64,000 nucleotides of DNA from the NCBI GenBank assembly GCA_965208325.1, contig OZ242326.1, forward strand, positions 1,824,001 through 1,888,000, given 5' to 3'. The first letter of the stretch is position 1. Every line of letters starts with the position of its first letter. The notes beneath the pieces were generated by a model. The model was given only the letters and a program-made list of their open reading frames with translations, was not told the origin of the DNA and searched no databases. Source of the stretch: Candidatus Poribacteria bacterium (GTDB lineage: Bacteria; Poribacteria; WGA-4E; PCPOR2b). The position numbers and the translations under genes were made by a program. Positions 29,318 to 38,800 of this stretch are shown here, piece after piece.

Positions 29318-29980
29318 TCACGCACGATTCACATGTGCGAAATCTGTTGCCTTCTCAAACTGCTCCAATATTCCGACATCGTGGCTAACGGTGAGCAACG
29401 CGGCGTTGTTTTCATGGCAAATCTCGCGGATAAGCGCTATCGCTTCGTTAGCGCGGTGATAATCCAGATTTCCAGTCGGTTCGTCGGCAAGCACCAAGCG
29501 CGGACGGTTGGCGATAGCTCGGGCAACCGCAACACGCTGCTGTTGCCCGACGGATAATTGCGACGGCGGATATCCCATTCGATCGCCCAATCCGACCCGT
29601 TCAAGCAGGTGTTGGGCGAACTCTACATCAACGCCCTTCCCAAACATCATGCCGAGCACGACATTTTCCAATGCGGTGTAACCGTGGAGCAGATTGAAGG
29701 TCTGGAAGATGTAGCCTATATGGCTGGCGCGCAGTGAATCCCGCCCAGACTCGGAGAGGCCAGTCATCTCCTCACCATTAATGACGATCTGTCCGCTATC
29801 GGCGTGCAGAATTCCAGCGACAAGATTAAGAAACGTGGTTTTACCCGTGCCGCTGCTTCCCTTGAGCGCCGTCTGCGAACCTGCCTCCAGCTCGAAATGA
29901 GGCACATCAACGACCCGAGTCTGCGTGCCTTCAGGCGAGCAATAGGCTTTTTCGAGATTAGCGACTGTCAAGAGCGGCAT
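29318..29980 (-). CDS. ABC transporter ATP-binding protein (ZrgB/LolD-like)
   Basis: Walker [27 protein letters not shown]. Confidence 0.95.
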   Translation of the reverse strand: MPLLTVANLEKAYCSPEGTQTRVVDVPHFELEAGSQTALKGSSGTGKTTFLNLVAGILHADSGQIVINGEEMTGLSESGRDSLRASHIGYIFQTFNLLHGYTALENVVLGMMFGKGVDVEFAQHLLERVGLGDRMGYPPSQLSVGQQQRVAVARAIANRPRLVLADEPTGNLDYHRANEAIALIREICHENNAALLTVSHDVGILEQFEKATDFAHVNRA

Positions 29981-29992
29981 AACACACCGTGA

Positions 29993-30391
29993 TTAGTTGT
30001 TCGACGTTTCGCAGTGTTGACACATACGGCAGAGGCGGCGATTGATGAGGTGAACAACTGCTAGCAGAAGTCCGCCCATAGCCATGAAGATTACTTCGCT
30101 CCCCTCTGATGCGTGAAACCGTGCAATGTAGATGAGTGTTAATGCACCACCGAGCATCAGAAACACTCGCCATTTTCGGTGGTTTCTATAGCCCCATGTG
30201 AAACTGCCTACAGCAACTCCCACTGCGCCGAATACCAGCGTCAACTCCGCTGACTCGCTGAGAATAAACCCAAGCCCAACCAGCGGCAATACGGTCATCA
30301 AGAGCGGGGCTGCCATACAGTGGACGGCACACGCAAACGACAAGCATGCGCCTACATTGTCCACGACTGTGTGATTCAGATATCTGTTCAA
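29993..30391 (-). CDS. merC: MerC-family inner-membrane protein
   Basis: D.vGaclSfaCAVHC..P; four TM segments; GYRNHR; HLINRRLC. Confidence 0.8.
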   Translation of the reverse strand: MNRYLNHTVVDNVGACLSFACAVHCMAAPLLMTVLPLVGLGFILSESAELTLVFGAVGVAVGSFTWGYRNHRKWRVFLMLGGALTLIYIARFHASEGSEVIFMAMGGLLLAVVHLINRRLCRMCQHCETSNN

Positions 30392-30508
30392 TTATTGGCT
30401 CCTAACGTCATACGTTACTTTTACCGGTTTCCGCTTTGCCGGTCCGGCATGCCAAATCCGAATTAATCGCTAGATTTGGCACGCTGACAGGCAAACTTAT
30501 GTCTTCGG

Positions 30509-31150
30509 TTACGGCGTAACCGTTACGGGAATCAAGAGCGCCGCCGTGAAATCGGGATGGTCGCCGTGCATGAGTTGGAGCTTGATTTGCGTTTGACCGG
30601 CTTTAAGCCCCGCCACCTCAAAGGTGAATTGCTCGGCAAGCTCATCGCCGTGTTCATCGTGTTCCTCATGCTCATCGTCATCGTCGTGATCATCGCCCTC
30701 ATCGTGATCGTCATCATCGTCGTGATCGTCATCGTGTTCATCATGCTCACCGTGATCGTCGTGGTAAAGGTGTACCTCAATGATTGATGAATCATATCCG
30801 CTGAGCGCTAAAGCAAACACCTCTTCCTCGCCATGTTCGTGGTCGTGGTCGTGGTCGTCTTCCTCTTCCGGATTCTCAGGAAAAAATTCATGGCTGTCGT
30901 GGTCAAGGAACGCGGTCAGAACGTCGAGTTCCTCTCCGACTTTGAGCGTGATACCTCCCGTATGCGCCCCCTCAAATTGACGGTATATCTCGTTCCCGTC
31001 AACCTTGAGCACAAAACCGTCTGCATCGGCGTGAAATGGTTCATCGTCATGGCCATTGTCGACAATAGGATTGTCGTCTTCACCGCACGCGGCGAACAGT
31101 GCAACAGATACAAGTAACAACAACGTAAAACGTAAAACAGGCCTAAACAT
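30509..31150 (-). CDS. His/Asp/Glu-rich metal-binding lipoprotein, copy 2
   Basis: Paralog of 7969..8601; lipobox LFAAC; ATG 31150 after GGAGGA. Confidence 0.85.
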   Translation of the reverse strand: MFRPVLRFTLLLLVSVALFAACGEDDNPIVDNGHDDEPFHADADGFVLKVDGNEIYRQFEGAHTGGITLKVGEELDVLTAFLDHDSHEFFPENPEEEDDHDHDHEHGEEEVFALALSGYDSSIIEVHLYHDDHGEHDEHDDDHDDDDDHDEGDDHDDDDEHEEHDEHGDELAEQFTFEVAGLKAGQTQIKLQLMHGDHPDFTAALLIPVTVTP

Positions 31151-31308
31151 TATTTCCTCCAGATATAGATAGACTGTATTTCCCAAGCATCAAGACTGAC
31201 GAAACAACGTAAAACAAGCAGACTACTGCCGAGACTGTATAAAACTCAGCCGGGAAAGACAGATAAAGATTTGGTCAAAAAAACAGAGATATGAGATTAT
31301 TGAGCAAC

Positions 31309-31611
31309 TTAAACGGGGATAGTCGGCGGGGCACGACTCCGGACGCCCTTGTCAAGAATCGCAGAAATGAAAGATACGGTGATAGGTTGTTGAATTGAGA
31401 TGCAGGCAGCAAGATTGGTGACGTCAACGGCGTTGAGTTCAATACCGACGTGGTTGGCATTGAAAAAGCAGGCAGAGCAGTGTTCTGAATTGACATCAAC
31501 ATGCTCATGGTCGTGTACAAGTGCAACAAGGTTAACCGTTATCAGATAATAAACGATTCCAATCAATACCCCCCAGCGAATGGGAGTAAAATGGATTTTA
31601 ACCTTTTGCAA
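31309..31611 (-). CDS. DUF2946/CruR-like leader peptide, copy 2
   Basis: HDHEHVDVNSEHCSAC...RSRAPPTIPV*; AGGAG RBS before TTG. Confidence 0.8.
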   Translation of the reverse strand: MQKVKIHFTPIRWGVLIGIVYYLITVNLVALVHDHEHVDVNSEHCSACFFNANHVGIELNAVDVTNLAACISIQQPITVSFISAILDKGVRSRAPPTIPV

Positions 31612-31660
31612 GACTCCTTACCTCATTCAAACGTTCAAAAATTCGCCAACACAGCATTGT

Positions 31661-31689
31661 ATTTTAGCACAACCAATTGGCTTTGTCCA
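31661..31689 (-). promoter_or_regulatory. Putative sigma70 promoter, copy 2
   Basis: TGGACA-17-TAAAAT on minus strand; spacer palindrome CCAATTGG. Confidence 0.55.
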
Positions 31690-31864
31690 ATTTTTTTGAT
31701 TCAAAATCGACAGGAATGGGTATCAAACCAAATCCATCGTACTGCCGCTAGGCACCTTGACAAAACTGGTAATAATCGTTTATTCTAAACTACAGCGAGG
31801 CCTTGGAATGTAATGGACCGAAACTGATTTCATTCATGATGACAAGAAAGGACTGTAATCCAGA

Positions 31865-32551
31865 ATGGATAGATTCTTCGCTGTTTTGATGGTTGTTTGC
31901 ATTGTGACTTTTACAAGTATTTCAGATTACGCGGTAAGCGATGAAGGTGAAGCATCAGCCGAAAAATGCCACGTCCCCGGGTGGTTCCGAGTCGATACGG
32001 ATAGTTTAGGTACGCATTTCCTGATTGGGGCTACACATTGTGTCGGCAGTGTTTCGATTGAGTCGAATATATTCATTGATGATACACTCGGTGAGTTTGA
32101 CCTCGGTGTTTCCATACCCGCTGTTAAGGGCGACAGTTTCAGCCTTACCGTGCTGCCCATGCTTGGACTTGGGTTTGATTATAAGGCGCCGGATGGCCCC
32201 TCCGCAATTTTCCCGCACCTGTTTGTTTTCATGCCCGCAGGTAAGATATTTCTCAAATCGTGGTCGATTGGGTCATTCTATTCTGTGTTCGATGAGAAAA
32301 GGAGCAACGAATTCTACACCCGCAATTATGCCACCTATTCCCTGAACAGGACGGTTGCGGTCGGACCCCAGGTTGAAGCCGTGTTAGGGCTTGGGGATGA
32401 CGGGAAACTCATTAGCCTGATTCTCGGCGCGCGAATCAACATCGGCTACGGCGAAAATAACACGCTCGGCATACTTTATGGGTACGACACCAAAAAAACG
32501 GAAGAGCAATCAGGGTTGACAGGAAGGTTGAGTTTTACACGCAGATGGTAG
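31865..32551 (+). CDS. Putative outer-membrane beta-barrel protein
   Basis: Signal peptide, alternating amphipathic strands, terminal aromatic residue (LSFTRRW). Confidence 0.6.
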   Translation: MDRFFAVLMVVCIVTFTSISDYAVSDEGEASAEKCHVPGWFRVDTDSLGTHFLIGATHCVGSVSIESNIFIDDTLGEFDLGVSIPAVKGDSFSLTVLPMLGLGFDYKAPDGPSAIFPHLFVFMPAGKIFLKSWSIGSFYSVFDEKRSNEFYTRNYATYSLNRTVAVGPQVEAVLGLGDDGKLISLILGARINIGYGENNTLGILYGYDTKKTEEQSGLTGRLSFTRRW

Positions 32552-32605
32552 CAACATGTCGTCTCCGGTAGATATTTTCATGCGTGAACGCGCGTAAACG
32601 ACTAC

Positions 32606-33220
32606 CTACTGCAGCAGGAGCATAATTTCCTTGCGCCGGTCACGGCGCAGTGCATAGTCGTAAGGCGTATCGCCCTTGGCGGTCTTGATGGTTTTGTCGG
32701 CAGCAGCACCAAGTAACATCTTGATTACTTCTATATCGGCAGCTACAGCCGCAATGTGAAGTGGAGTTTCTCCCCAAACTGTGCTGAAGAAATCCATCTC
32801 TGTGCGACCGCCGACTTTGGTTTGCCGATTAACATCGCCGCCCCGTTGAATTAGGAGTTTCAATGTTTCAGGCTGATTTCGGAGAGCGGCTTTGTGCAGC
32901 GCAGTTTCCCCGCCGGCAGGGAGTTGCAAATTTACATCCGCCCCCGCATCAATTAGAAAAGACGCGAATTCCACATCGCCCCTAACCGTTGCGCTCATAA
33001 GCAGCGTCATTTCACTGAATCTATCGTGATTGATTTTACCGCCATAACCGAGCAGCCATTTGCATATATCCTTGTGACCTCTGAAATACGCCCAAAAAAA
33101 TGGTGGAAGGTCGCTGTGGTTCACGTCTGCGCCCTGTTGCACTAGCCGGCGGACGTCGTTGAATTTGCCGTTCTTTGCTGCTTCGATCAGCGCTTCGTTG
33201 ATTCCCATTTCCTGTTCCAT
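32606..33220 (-). CDS. Ankyrin repeat protein
   Basis: GETALHKAA, GETPLHIAA, GDTPYDYA, GADVN repeats. Confidence 0.92.
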   Translation of the reverse strand: MEQEMGINEALIEAAKNGKFNDVRRLVQQGADVNHSDLPPFFWAYFRGHKDICKWLLGYGGKINHDRFSEMTLLMSATVRGDVEFASFLIDAGADVNLQLPAGGETALHKAALRNQPETLKLLIQRGGDVNRQTKVGGRTEMDFFSTVWGETPLHIAAVAADIEVIKMLLGAAADKTIKTAKGDTPYDYALRRDRRKEIMLLLQ

Positions 33221-33298
33221 GATAATTTTCTATTATTTTTATTAATAGTCAATTCCACTTATATTTGCTTATGTTTCGGTCGGTGCGGCTGCCGGCAA

Positions 33299-33763
33299 TC
33301 ACCTATCAGCAACAATCCATCCACCATCTATCAGCCCAATGCTGGCGCAACTAGGCCCGCCTTCGTCATCTGTACCCATATACCTCGCCATGAGCACTTT
33401 ATTCGGATTTTTGTACACCTCTTTCACCATTTGCCAAGTCACTTCCTGTTGGACATTGAATTTTGGATAGCCGGATGAAATCCAGATTTTTGCCCGTCGG
33501 CTCCATTCACAGTCCGCCTGACCCGCCGATTGGCCAATATTGATGTAGAAGAACCGCTTCGAGGGAGTTCCCCGTGCGAATGGCCCTGTGAAGTTAGGTA
33601 AACCCGTATTGCGCTGCGGTTTTACAATTGCCTCAAAATCGAACGCGATATCTTCGCCTGTTGATTGGGTAACCGAAACCAATTTTCCGTTGTTTTCCAG
33701 CGAGAAATTGACTCCGGCTGGCGGGCTCACTACGACGATGCGCATCGGGATGTTGTGTTCCAT
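33299..33763 (-). CDS. DUF5990-like protein
   Basis: PNFTGPFARGTPSKRFFYINIGQSAGQ...WSRRAKI...GGPSCAS. Confidence 0.7.
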   Translation of the reverse strand: MEHNIPMRIVVVSPPAGVNFSLENNGKLVSVTQSTGEDIAFDFEAIVKPQRNTGLPNFTGPFARGTPSKRFFYINIGQSAGQADCEWSRRAKIWISSGYPKFNVQQEVTWQMVKEVYKNPNKVLMARYMGTDDEGGPSCASIGLIDGGWIVADR

Positions 33764-34008
33764 AATTTAATCCTCGCCATTCATTTTAAGTTTTCAGCTT
33801 AGCTAGCGTCATGTCTGTAAGACGTATTCTATCATAACCATGGATTTCAGGACAACACGCTTGAGTCTGGTCTGTGTTTTGAGTTGAATTGAGTGTGCTT
33901 TTCGCTTGACAGAAACAAGGAGCTGTGATAAATTGAGTTTATCATCTCAACGTAGAATAAACCATTTTTTGCGGCACCCCTATAAATCTATCGGTTACGG
34001 AGGGGGAC

Positions 34009-34659
34009 ATGGGAAAAGAAAAGGATTTAGAAAAAAATAAGGAATCCGTCATTTCGCGGCGGGGTTTCTTGAAGGGTATGGGTACCGGAGCGGTTGCGGC
34101 GACGGTTGCACCGACGGCGCTCGTTAGTGCTGAGAAATCGGCGGACGCCAAGATGGGCGATGCGATTACCCGCGCCAAAATCAAGCTCCATGTCAACAAC
34201 GAAACGCATGAGGTTGAAGTTGAACCTCGTACAACGCTGTTGAGTGTGCTTCGGGATGGGATCGATACCAGCGGCAAACGTATTGATTTGACTGGTGCCA
34301 AGTCCATCTGCGACCGCGGAGAGTGCGGGGGTTGTACAGTTCAGGTAGACGGGAAGCCAATCTACTCCTGTATGATGCTCGCAATTGATGCCGCGGGGAA
34401 ACAGATTACGACGGTCGAAGGGCTTGCGAACGGCGATCAGTTGCACCCGGTGCAGGAAGCGTTTGTTCAACACGACGCCCTGATGTGCGGCTTCTGTACA
34501 CCCGGATTCGTTGTGGCGTCAAAATCGTTGCTAGATGAAAACCCGGCGCCTACGCTTGAAGAAATTAAGGGCGGGTTGTCCGGCAACATTTGCCGATGCG
34601 GCACGTATCCGTTTATCTTTGAGGCAGTGAAAACGGCTTCGGGCAAGATGGGAGGTTAG
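34009..34659 (+). CDS. Xanthine dehydrogenase-family 2Fe-2S subunit with Tat signal (PaoA/YagT-like)
   Basis: SRRGFLK; CDRGECGGC...C; MCGFCTPG...CRC. Confidence 0.92.
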   Translation: MGKEKDLEKNKESVISRRGFLKGMGTGAVAATVAPTALVSAEKSADAKMGDAITRAKIKLHVNNETHEVEVEPRTTLLSVLRDGIDTSGKRIDLTGAKSICDRGECGGCTVQVDGKPIYSCMMLAIDAAGKQITTVEGLANGDQLHPVQEAFVQHDALMCGFCTPGFVVASKSLLDENPAPTLEEIKGGLSGNICRCGTYPFIFEAVKTASGKMGG

Positions 34660-34663
34660 ACGA

Positions 34664-36790
34664 ATGGCATCGTGGGGAGAAGCACACGAAACACGCCTGA
34701 TTGGAAAACGCATCCCCCGTTTGTCAGGCGCGGACAAAGTCTCGGGGAAAGCGAAATACACGTTCGACATTAACCGGCCTGGGATGCTTTACGGCCGTAT
34801 TCTGCGCTCTCGCGTTGCACATGCTACGATTACGGCAATAGATCTCAGCGGTGCGGAATCGTTATCCGGTGTCAAAGCCGTCATTCCGCTGATTGAACCC
34901 GGCAAACGCTTGCGACACGAAGGACAGGAAATTGCCGCAGTGGCCGCGATCACTGACGACATTGCGAAGGATGCGGTACGGTTAATTCAGTACGACTTTG
35001 AAGAACTGCCCTTTGTGGTTGATGTCGAAGAAGCCATGGATGAAAGTGCGCCGCAAATTCGAGACGATTGGCACCGGAATCAGAGTCAACCAGGTATTGA
35101 TGAGCGCGGCAACCTTGAAGCCGGCTTTGCCGAGGCGGCCGTGGAAGTAGAGGCGACTTATAGCGCACCCGTTCAAACGCATGTTTGTCTGGAAACCCAT
35201 GGGCACGTTGCGGAATGGGACGGAGACAATTTGACGGTTTGGGCTTCGACACAGGCGGTATTTGGGACACGCCGAGATTTTGCCCAACACTTTAAAATTC
35301 CTGAAGACAAGGTCCGCATCATCACTGAACACATGGGGGGCGGTTTCGGAAGTAAGTTTAGCCCCGGTGTCGAAGGACGCGCGGCGGCAGAACTTTCGCG
35401 AAAAGCTGGTGCGCCTGTGAAGTTGATGCTAACGCGTAAAGATGAGCATCTGGTCGCTGGAAATCGGCCGTCAATGACGCAGCGCGTGCGGGCGGGCGCG
35501 ACAAACGACGGCCGTTTAATCGCTTACGACCTGCGGGGCTATGGCACCGGCGGAATCAGCGGCGGCGCTAGTTTCACGGGTCCTTATGTTTATGAGGTGC
35601 CGAATTATCGGACCGAGAAGATTGCTGTTGCCATCAACGCAGGAAGTGAACGCGCAATGCGCGCGCCGGGACACCCTCAAGGCGAATTTGCGATGGATTC
35701 GCTGATGGATGAACTCGCCGAAAAACTGGGCATGGATCCACTAGAATTCCGCCGAATCAACGACCCTAGCGAGATTCGCCAAGCGGAATACACACTCGGC
35801 GCCAAAGAAATCGGCTGGCACCGACGCAACGAAGTCCCCGGTACAGGGAAAGGCGTCAAGAAACGCGGCATCGGCATGGGAAGCGGACTCTGGGGCGGCG
35901 GCGGACACGCCGGAACACAAGCACGTGTGACAATCCACGCTGACGGTACGGTCGAAGCGGTTACCGGTACCCAAGATCTCGGCACCGGCATCCGAACAGT
36001 CATTGCGATAATCGTAGCGGAGGAATTCGGTCTACAACCGCAAGACATCAGTGTGAAAATCGGGGACAGCGGACCAGGACTGCCGTCTGGCGGCAGCGGC
36101 GGCAGCACTACAACACCTTCTGTTGCCCCGGTGGTGAAGACTGCGGCAACAGCAGCCAAGCAGAACCTCTTCAAACGGATTGCACCGCAGTTTGAAACCC
36201 AACCAGAAGACCTGCGCGCTGCAGACGGCAAGGTATACGCCGCCTCGGATCCAACGATGAGCGTGTCGTGGAAAGGCGCCGCGGGCCATCTCGGTATGGA
36301 GACGATTACCGGGAACGGCGCCTGGCATGACGGCCTCAGCGAACCGGGGGCTGCCGGAACTCAATTTGCGGAAGTCGAGGTGGACACGGAAACCGGTGAA
36401 GTGAAAGTCATCAAGATCGCAGCAATACAGGACTGCGGCCTGGTGATGAACCGTTTAACCTGCGAAAGCCAAATCAACGGCGGCGTTATCATGGGATTGG
36501 GTTATGCCCTGCTTGAGAACCGCATCATGGATCCGCTGACAGGCTATATGATTAATCCGAACCTTGAGGATTACAAGGTTGTAGGGGCTATGGAGGTTCC
36601 CGAAATTAAGTCTGTTGCTTTCGATACCGACCGGAAAGTGACAGGTGTCGGCGAACCTGCAACCATCCCGACTGCGGGCGCGATTGCTAACGCAGTTTAT
36701 AACGCAATCGGTGTCCGGATTCGCGACCTCCCAATCACGGCCGATAAGATACTCAACGCGCTTGCCGAGAATGCAGCAGCGTCCGGATGA
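34664..36790 (+). CDS. Xanthine dehydrogenase-family molybdopterin-binding subunit (PaoC/YagR-like)
   Basis: GGGFGSK, MRAPG, QDLGTG, QINGGVIMGLG, GVGEP. Confidence 0.92.
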   Translation: MASWGEAHETRLIGKRIPRLSGADKVSGKAKYTFDINRPGMLYGRILRSRVAHATITAIDLSGAESLSGVKAVIPLIEPGKRLRHEGQEIAAVAAITDDIAKDAVRLIQYDFEELPFVVDVEEAMDESAPQIRDDWHRNQSQPGIDERGNLEAGFAEAAVEVEATYSAPVQTHVCLETHGHVAEWDGDNLTVWASTQAVFGTRRDFAQHFKIPEDKVRIITEHMGGGFGSKFSPGVEGRAAAELSRKAGAPVKLMLTRKDEHLVAGNRPSMTQRVRAGATNDGRLIAYDLRGYGTGGISGGASFTGPYVYEVPNYRTEKIAVAINAGSERAMRAPGHPQGEFAMDSLMDELAEKLGMDPLEFRRINDPSEIRQAEYTLGAKEIGWHRRNEVPGTGKGVKKRGIGMGSGLWGGGGHAGTQARVTIHADGTVEAVTGTQDLGTGIRTVIAIIVAEEFGLQPQDISVKIGDSGPGLPSGGSGGSTTTPSVAPVVKTAATAAKQNLFKRIAPQFETQPEDLRAADGKVYAASDPTMSVSWKGAAGHLGMETITGNGAWHDGLSEPGAAGTQFAEVEVDTETGEVKVIKIAAIQDCGLVMNRLTCESQINGGVIMGLGYALLENRIMDPLTGYMINPNLEDYKVVGAMEVPEIKSVAFDTDRKVTGVGEPATIPTAGAIANAVYNAIGVRIRDLPITADKILNALAENAAASG

Positions 36791-36838
36791 ATCTATTCAT
36801 CTTCAAACTACGCATGGAACGAATGAGGAGAAAGTGAT

Positions 36839-37813
36839 ATGGAAAATTTTGCTTACGTCAATGCAACAAACGTCGAACAAGCCTCCTCCTTGTTGAGCGG
36901 CGAATGGGGCGAAACGATGGTCATTGCAGGCGGAACGGATCTTCTCGGTGAGCTCAAGGAGTACATTGAAACGCCTGCGAAGGTTGTCAACCTCAAAACC
37001 ATCCCCGGTTTGGATGAGATTAATGCCGATGCTGCGGGATTGACAATCGGCGCGTTGGCAACAGTAGGAGATATTGCCGCACACCCTACAATCCAAGAGC
37101 ACTACACCGTCCTCGCGGAAGCCGCCGCCTCGGTTGCATCGCCGCAGATTCGCAACGTTGGCACGCTTGGCGGCAATCTGTGCCAGCGCCCGCGTTGCTG
37201 GTATTACCGCAACCCAGAGATAATCTGCCTGAAGAAGGGCGGCGACATGTGTTACGCGGTCGAAGGATTGAGCAAGTACCACGCAATTTTTGGCGGCGGA
37301 CCGGTGTATATTGTTCATCCTTCTGATACAGCACCGGCGTTAATCGCTCTTGGCGCCTCCGTGAAGATTATTGGCCCCGAGGGCGAAAAGACGATGCCGC
37401 TGGAGGAATTTTTCATTTTGCCGGATATCAACCCCCAACGTGAAAACGTGCTTGAACCGAACGAAGTCGTAGCGGAGATTCATGTTCCAAAACCGCCGGC
37501 GAATACGAAGAGTTTCTATATCAAAGCCCGCGAAAGGGGATCATTCGACTTTGCGTTGTCGAGCGTCGCTGCCGCGTTAGAGATGAACGGTTCAACCTGC
37601 CGGGCGGCGAGCATCGTGCTCGGCGGCGTCGCACCAATCCCGTGGCGATCGAAGGAGGCAGAAGCCGCACTGAACGGCGTGCGTATCACGGAAGCGGTTG
37701 CAAAGCGCGCAGGGAGTGAAGCCGTCAAGCATGCCGAACCGCTGAACGACAACGGGTATAAGGTTGCATTAACCCAAAATCTCGTCAGCCGTGCAGTAAT
37801 GAAGGCGTCTTAG
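36839..37813 (+). CDS. Xanthine dehydrogenase-family FAD-binding subunit (PaoB/YagS-like)
   Basis: IAGGTDL, ASPQIRNVGTLGGNL, HPSD, LGGVAPIPWR. Confidence 0.92.
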   Translation: MENFAYVNATNVEQASSLLSGEWGETMVIAGGTDLLGELKEYIETPAKVVNLKTIPGLDEINADAAGLTIGALATVGDIAAHPTIQEHYTVLAEAAASVASPQIRNVGTLGGNLCQRPRCWYYRNPEIICLKKGGDMCYAVEGLSKYHAIFGGGPVYIVHPSDTAPALIALGASVKIIGPEGEKTMPLEEFFILPDINPQRENVLEPNEVVAEIHVPKPPANTKSFYIKARERGSFDFALSSVAAALEMNGSTCRAASIVLGGVAPIPWRSKEAEAALNGVRITEAVAKRAGSEAVKHAEPLNDNGYKVALTQNLVSRAVMKAS

Positions 37814-37830
37814 GGAATAGGAGAGCAGAC

Positions 37831-38070
37831 ATGGAAAAGGCAAAAGATTTGTCCATCTTGAATCGACCGATATGCCAAAATCTACGCACAAAAGCGCTTT
37901 ATGTGGCCGGCGGGAGTTTGCAGAATCTTGTTGAAACCAACCCTTACTCGCAATATTGGTGCAACTGCACAATGGCAGCGGTTGGTCCCGATGATAAATT
38001 CGTTTCACCGGAGGGATGCAGCCGTTCTCGAAGGTGTTTCGAGCCGATTGGCGGCGAGATTGTTGCGTAA
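37831..38070 (+). CDS. Small Cys-rich hypothetical protein
   Basis: AGGAG RBS; CQNLRTK...YWCNCT...GPDD...C...RCFE; 17 nt after the FAD subunit. Confidence 0.65.
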   Translation: MEKAKDLSILNRPICQNLRTKALYVAGGSLQNLVETNPYSQYWCNCTMAAVGPDDKFVSPEGCSRSRRCFEPIGGEIVA

Positions 38071-38211
38071 TTGACTCGATCCGAACGTACGCAAGTCAAG
38101 AGAGTTAGTTAGTTTCATACGCGGAACGCTGGCACGTGCGGTTTCTGTGAATCCTGACATCCTACGTTTAACCCCCATTCGAACGAATTCCGTATCACAC
38201 TTCGCGTCACC

Positions 38212-38673
38212 ATGACATTTCTTCCGGCACTGATACAGTGGCTGCACGTCGCGTCTGTCGTGCTAATGATTGGCGGTTTTTTCTTCCTTCGTGTCGTGCT
38301 TATCCCCGCTTCCCGCAGCCTCCCGAATAGCCACCAACCAAAACTCATGGCAGCGGCGCTGCGCCGATTCAGCGTTGTCGTCTGGATTGCTCTTGTAACT
38401 ATATTGGCGTCAGGGATTTATAACTTTGTCTCATTCCTGAGATCCGCGAACGCAACAACTGCGGCGGGCATATCTCCTGACTTTTCATATTATATTCTCG
38501 TCCTCGGCATCAAGCTATTTATCGTTTTTCTAATTTTTACGCTTGGCATCGTCCTCACGTTTCCGTACCCGGTTTTTGAACCTTTCCAAAAACGCCCCTC
38601 GCCGTGGATCAACCTGACAATGATATTGGGGCTAATCGTGATTTTTTTGTCCGCGCTGCTGCGGAGGTTGTAG
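38212..38673 (+). CDS. CopD-like four-TM membrane protein
   Basis: WLHVASVVLMIGGFFF...RRFS...SGIYN...KL. Confidence 0.65.
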   Translation: MTFLPALIQWLHVASVVLMIGGFFFLRVVLIPASRSLPNSHQPKLMAAALRRFSVVVWIALVTILASGIYNFVSFLRSANATTAAGISPDFSYYILVLGIKLFIVFLIFTLGIVLTFPYPVFEPFQKRPSPWINLTMILGLIVIFLSALLRRL

Positions 38674-38800
38674 GAGATTTGGAAATCGGGTGATCCAAAT
38701 TACCTTTGCAAAGCGAAGATCTCACGCCGTGTAAACCATTTTTATGTCGTGAACTAATAATGCATTCAGAACCGGGATTGGGGAAGGAGTTATTCTGACA

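Larger units (their letters stand above)
29997..31745 (-). repeat. Duplicated head cassette, copy 2
   Basis: Direct repeat of ~7457..9200; upper boundary approximate. Confidence 0.95.

Noticed and set aside
29993..30391. Mercury-resistance operon
   Set aside because: No merA, merR, merT or merP; context points to other divalent metals
31757..31786. Fur-like box in TTGACA...AATAATCGTTTATT upstream of the beta-barrel gene
   Set aside because: Only a weak AT-rich palindrome; insufficient match to call
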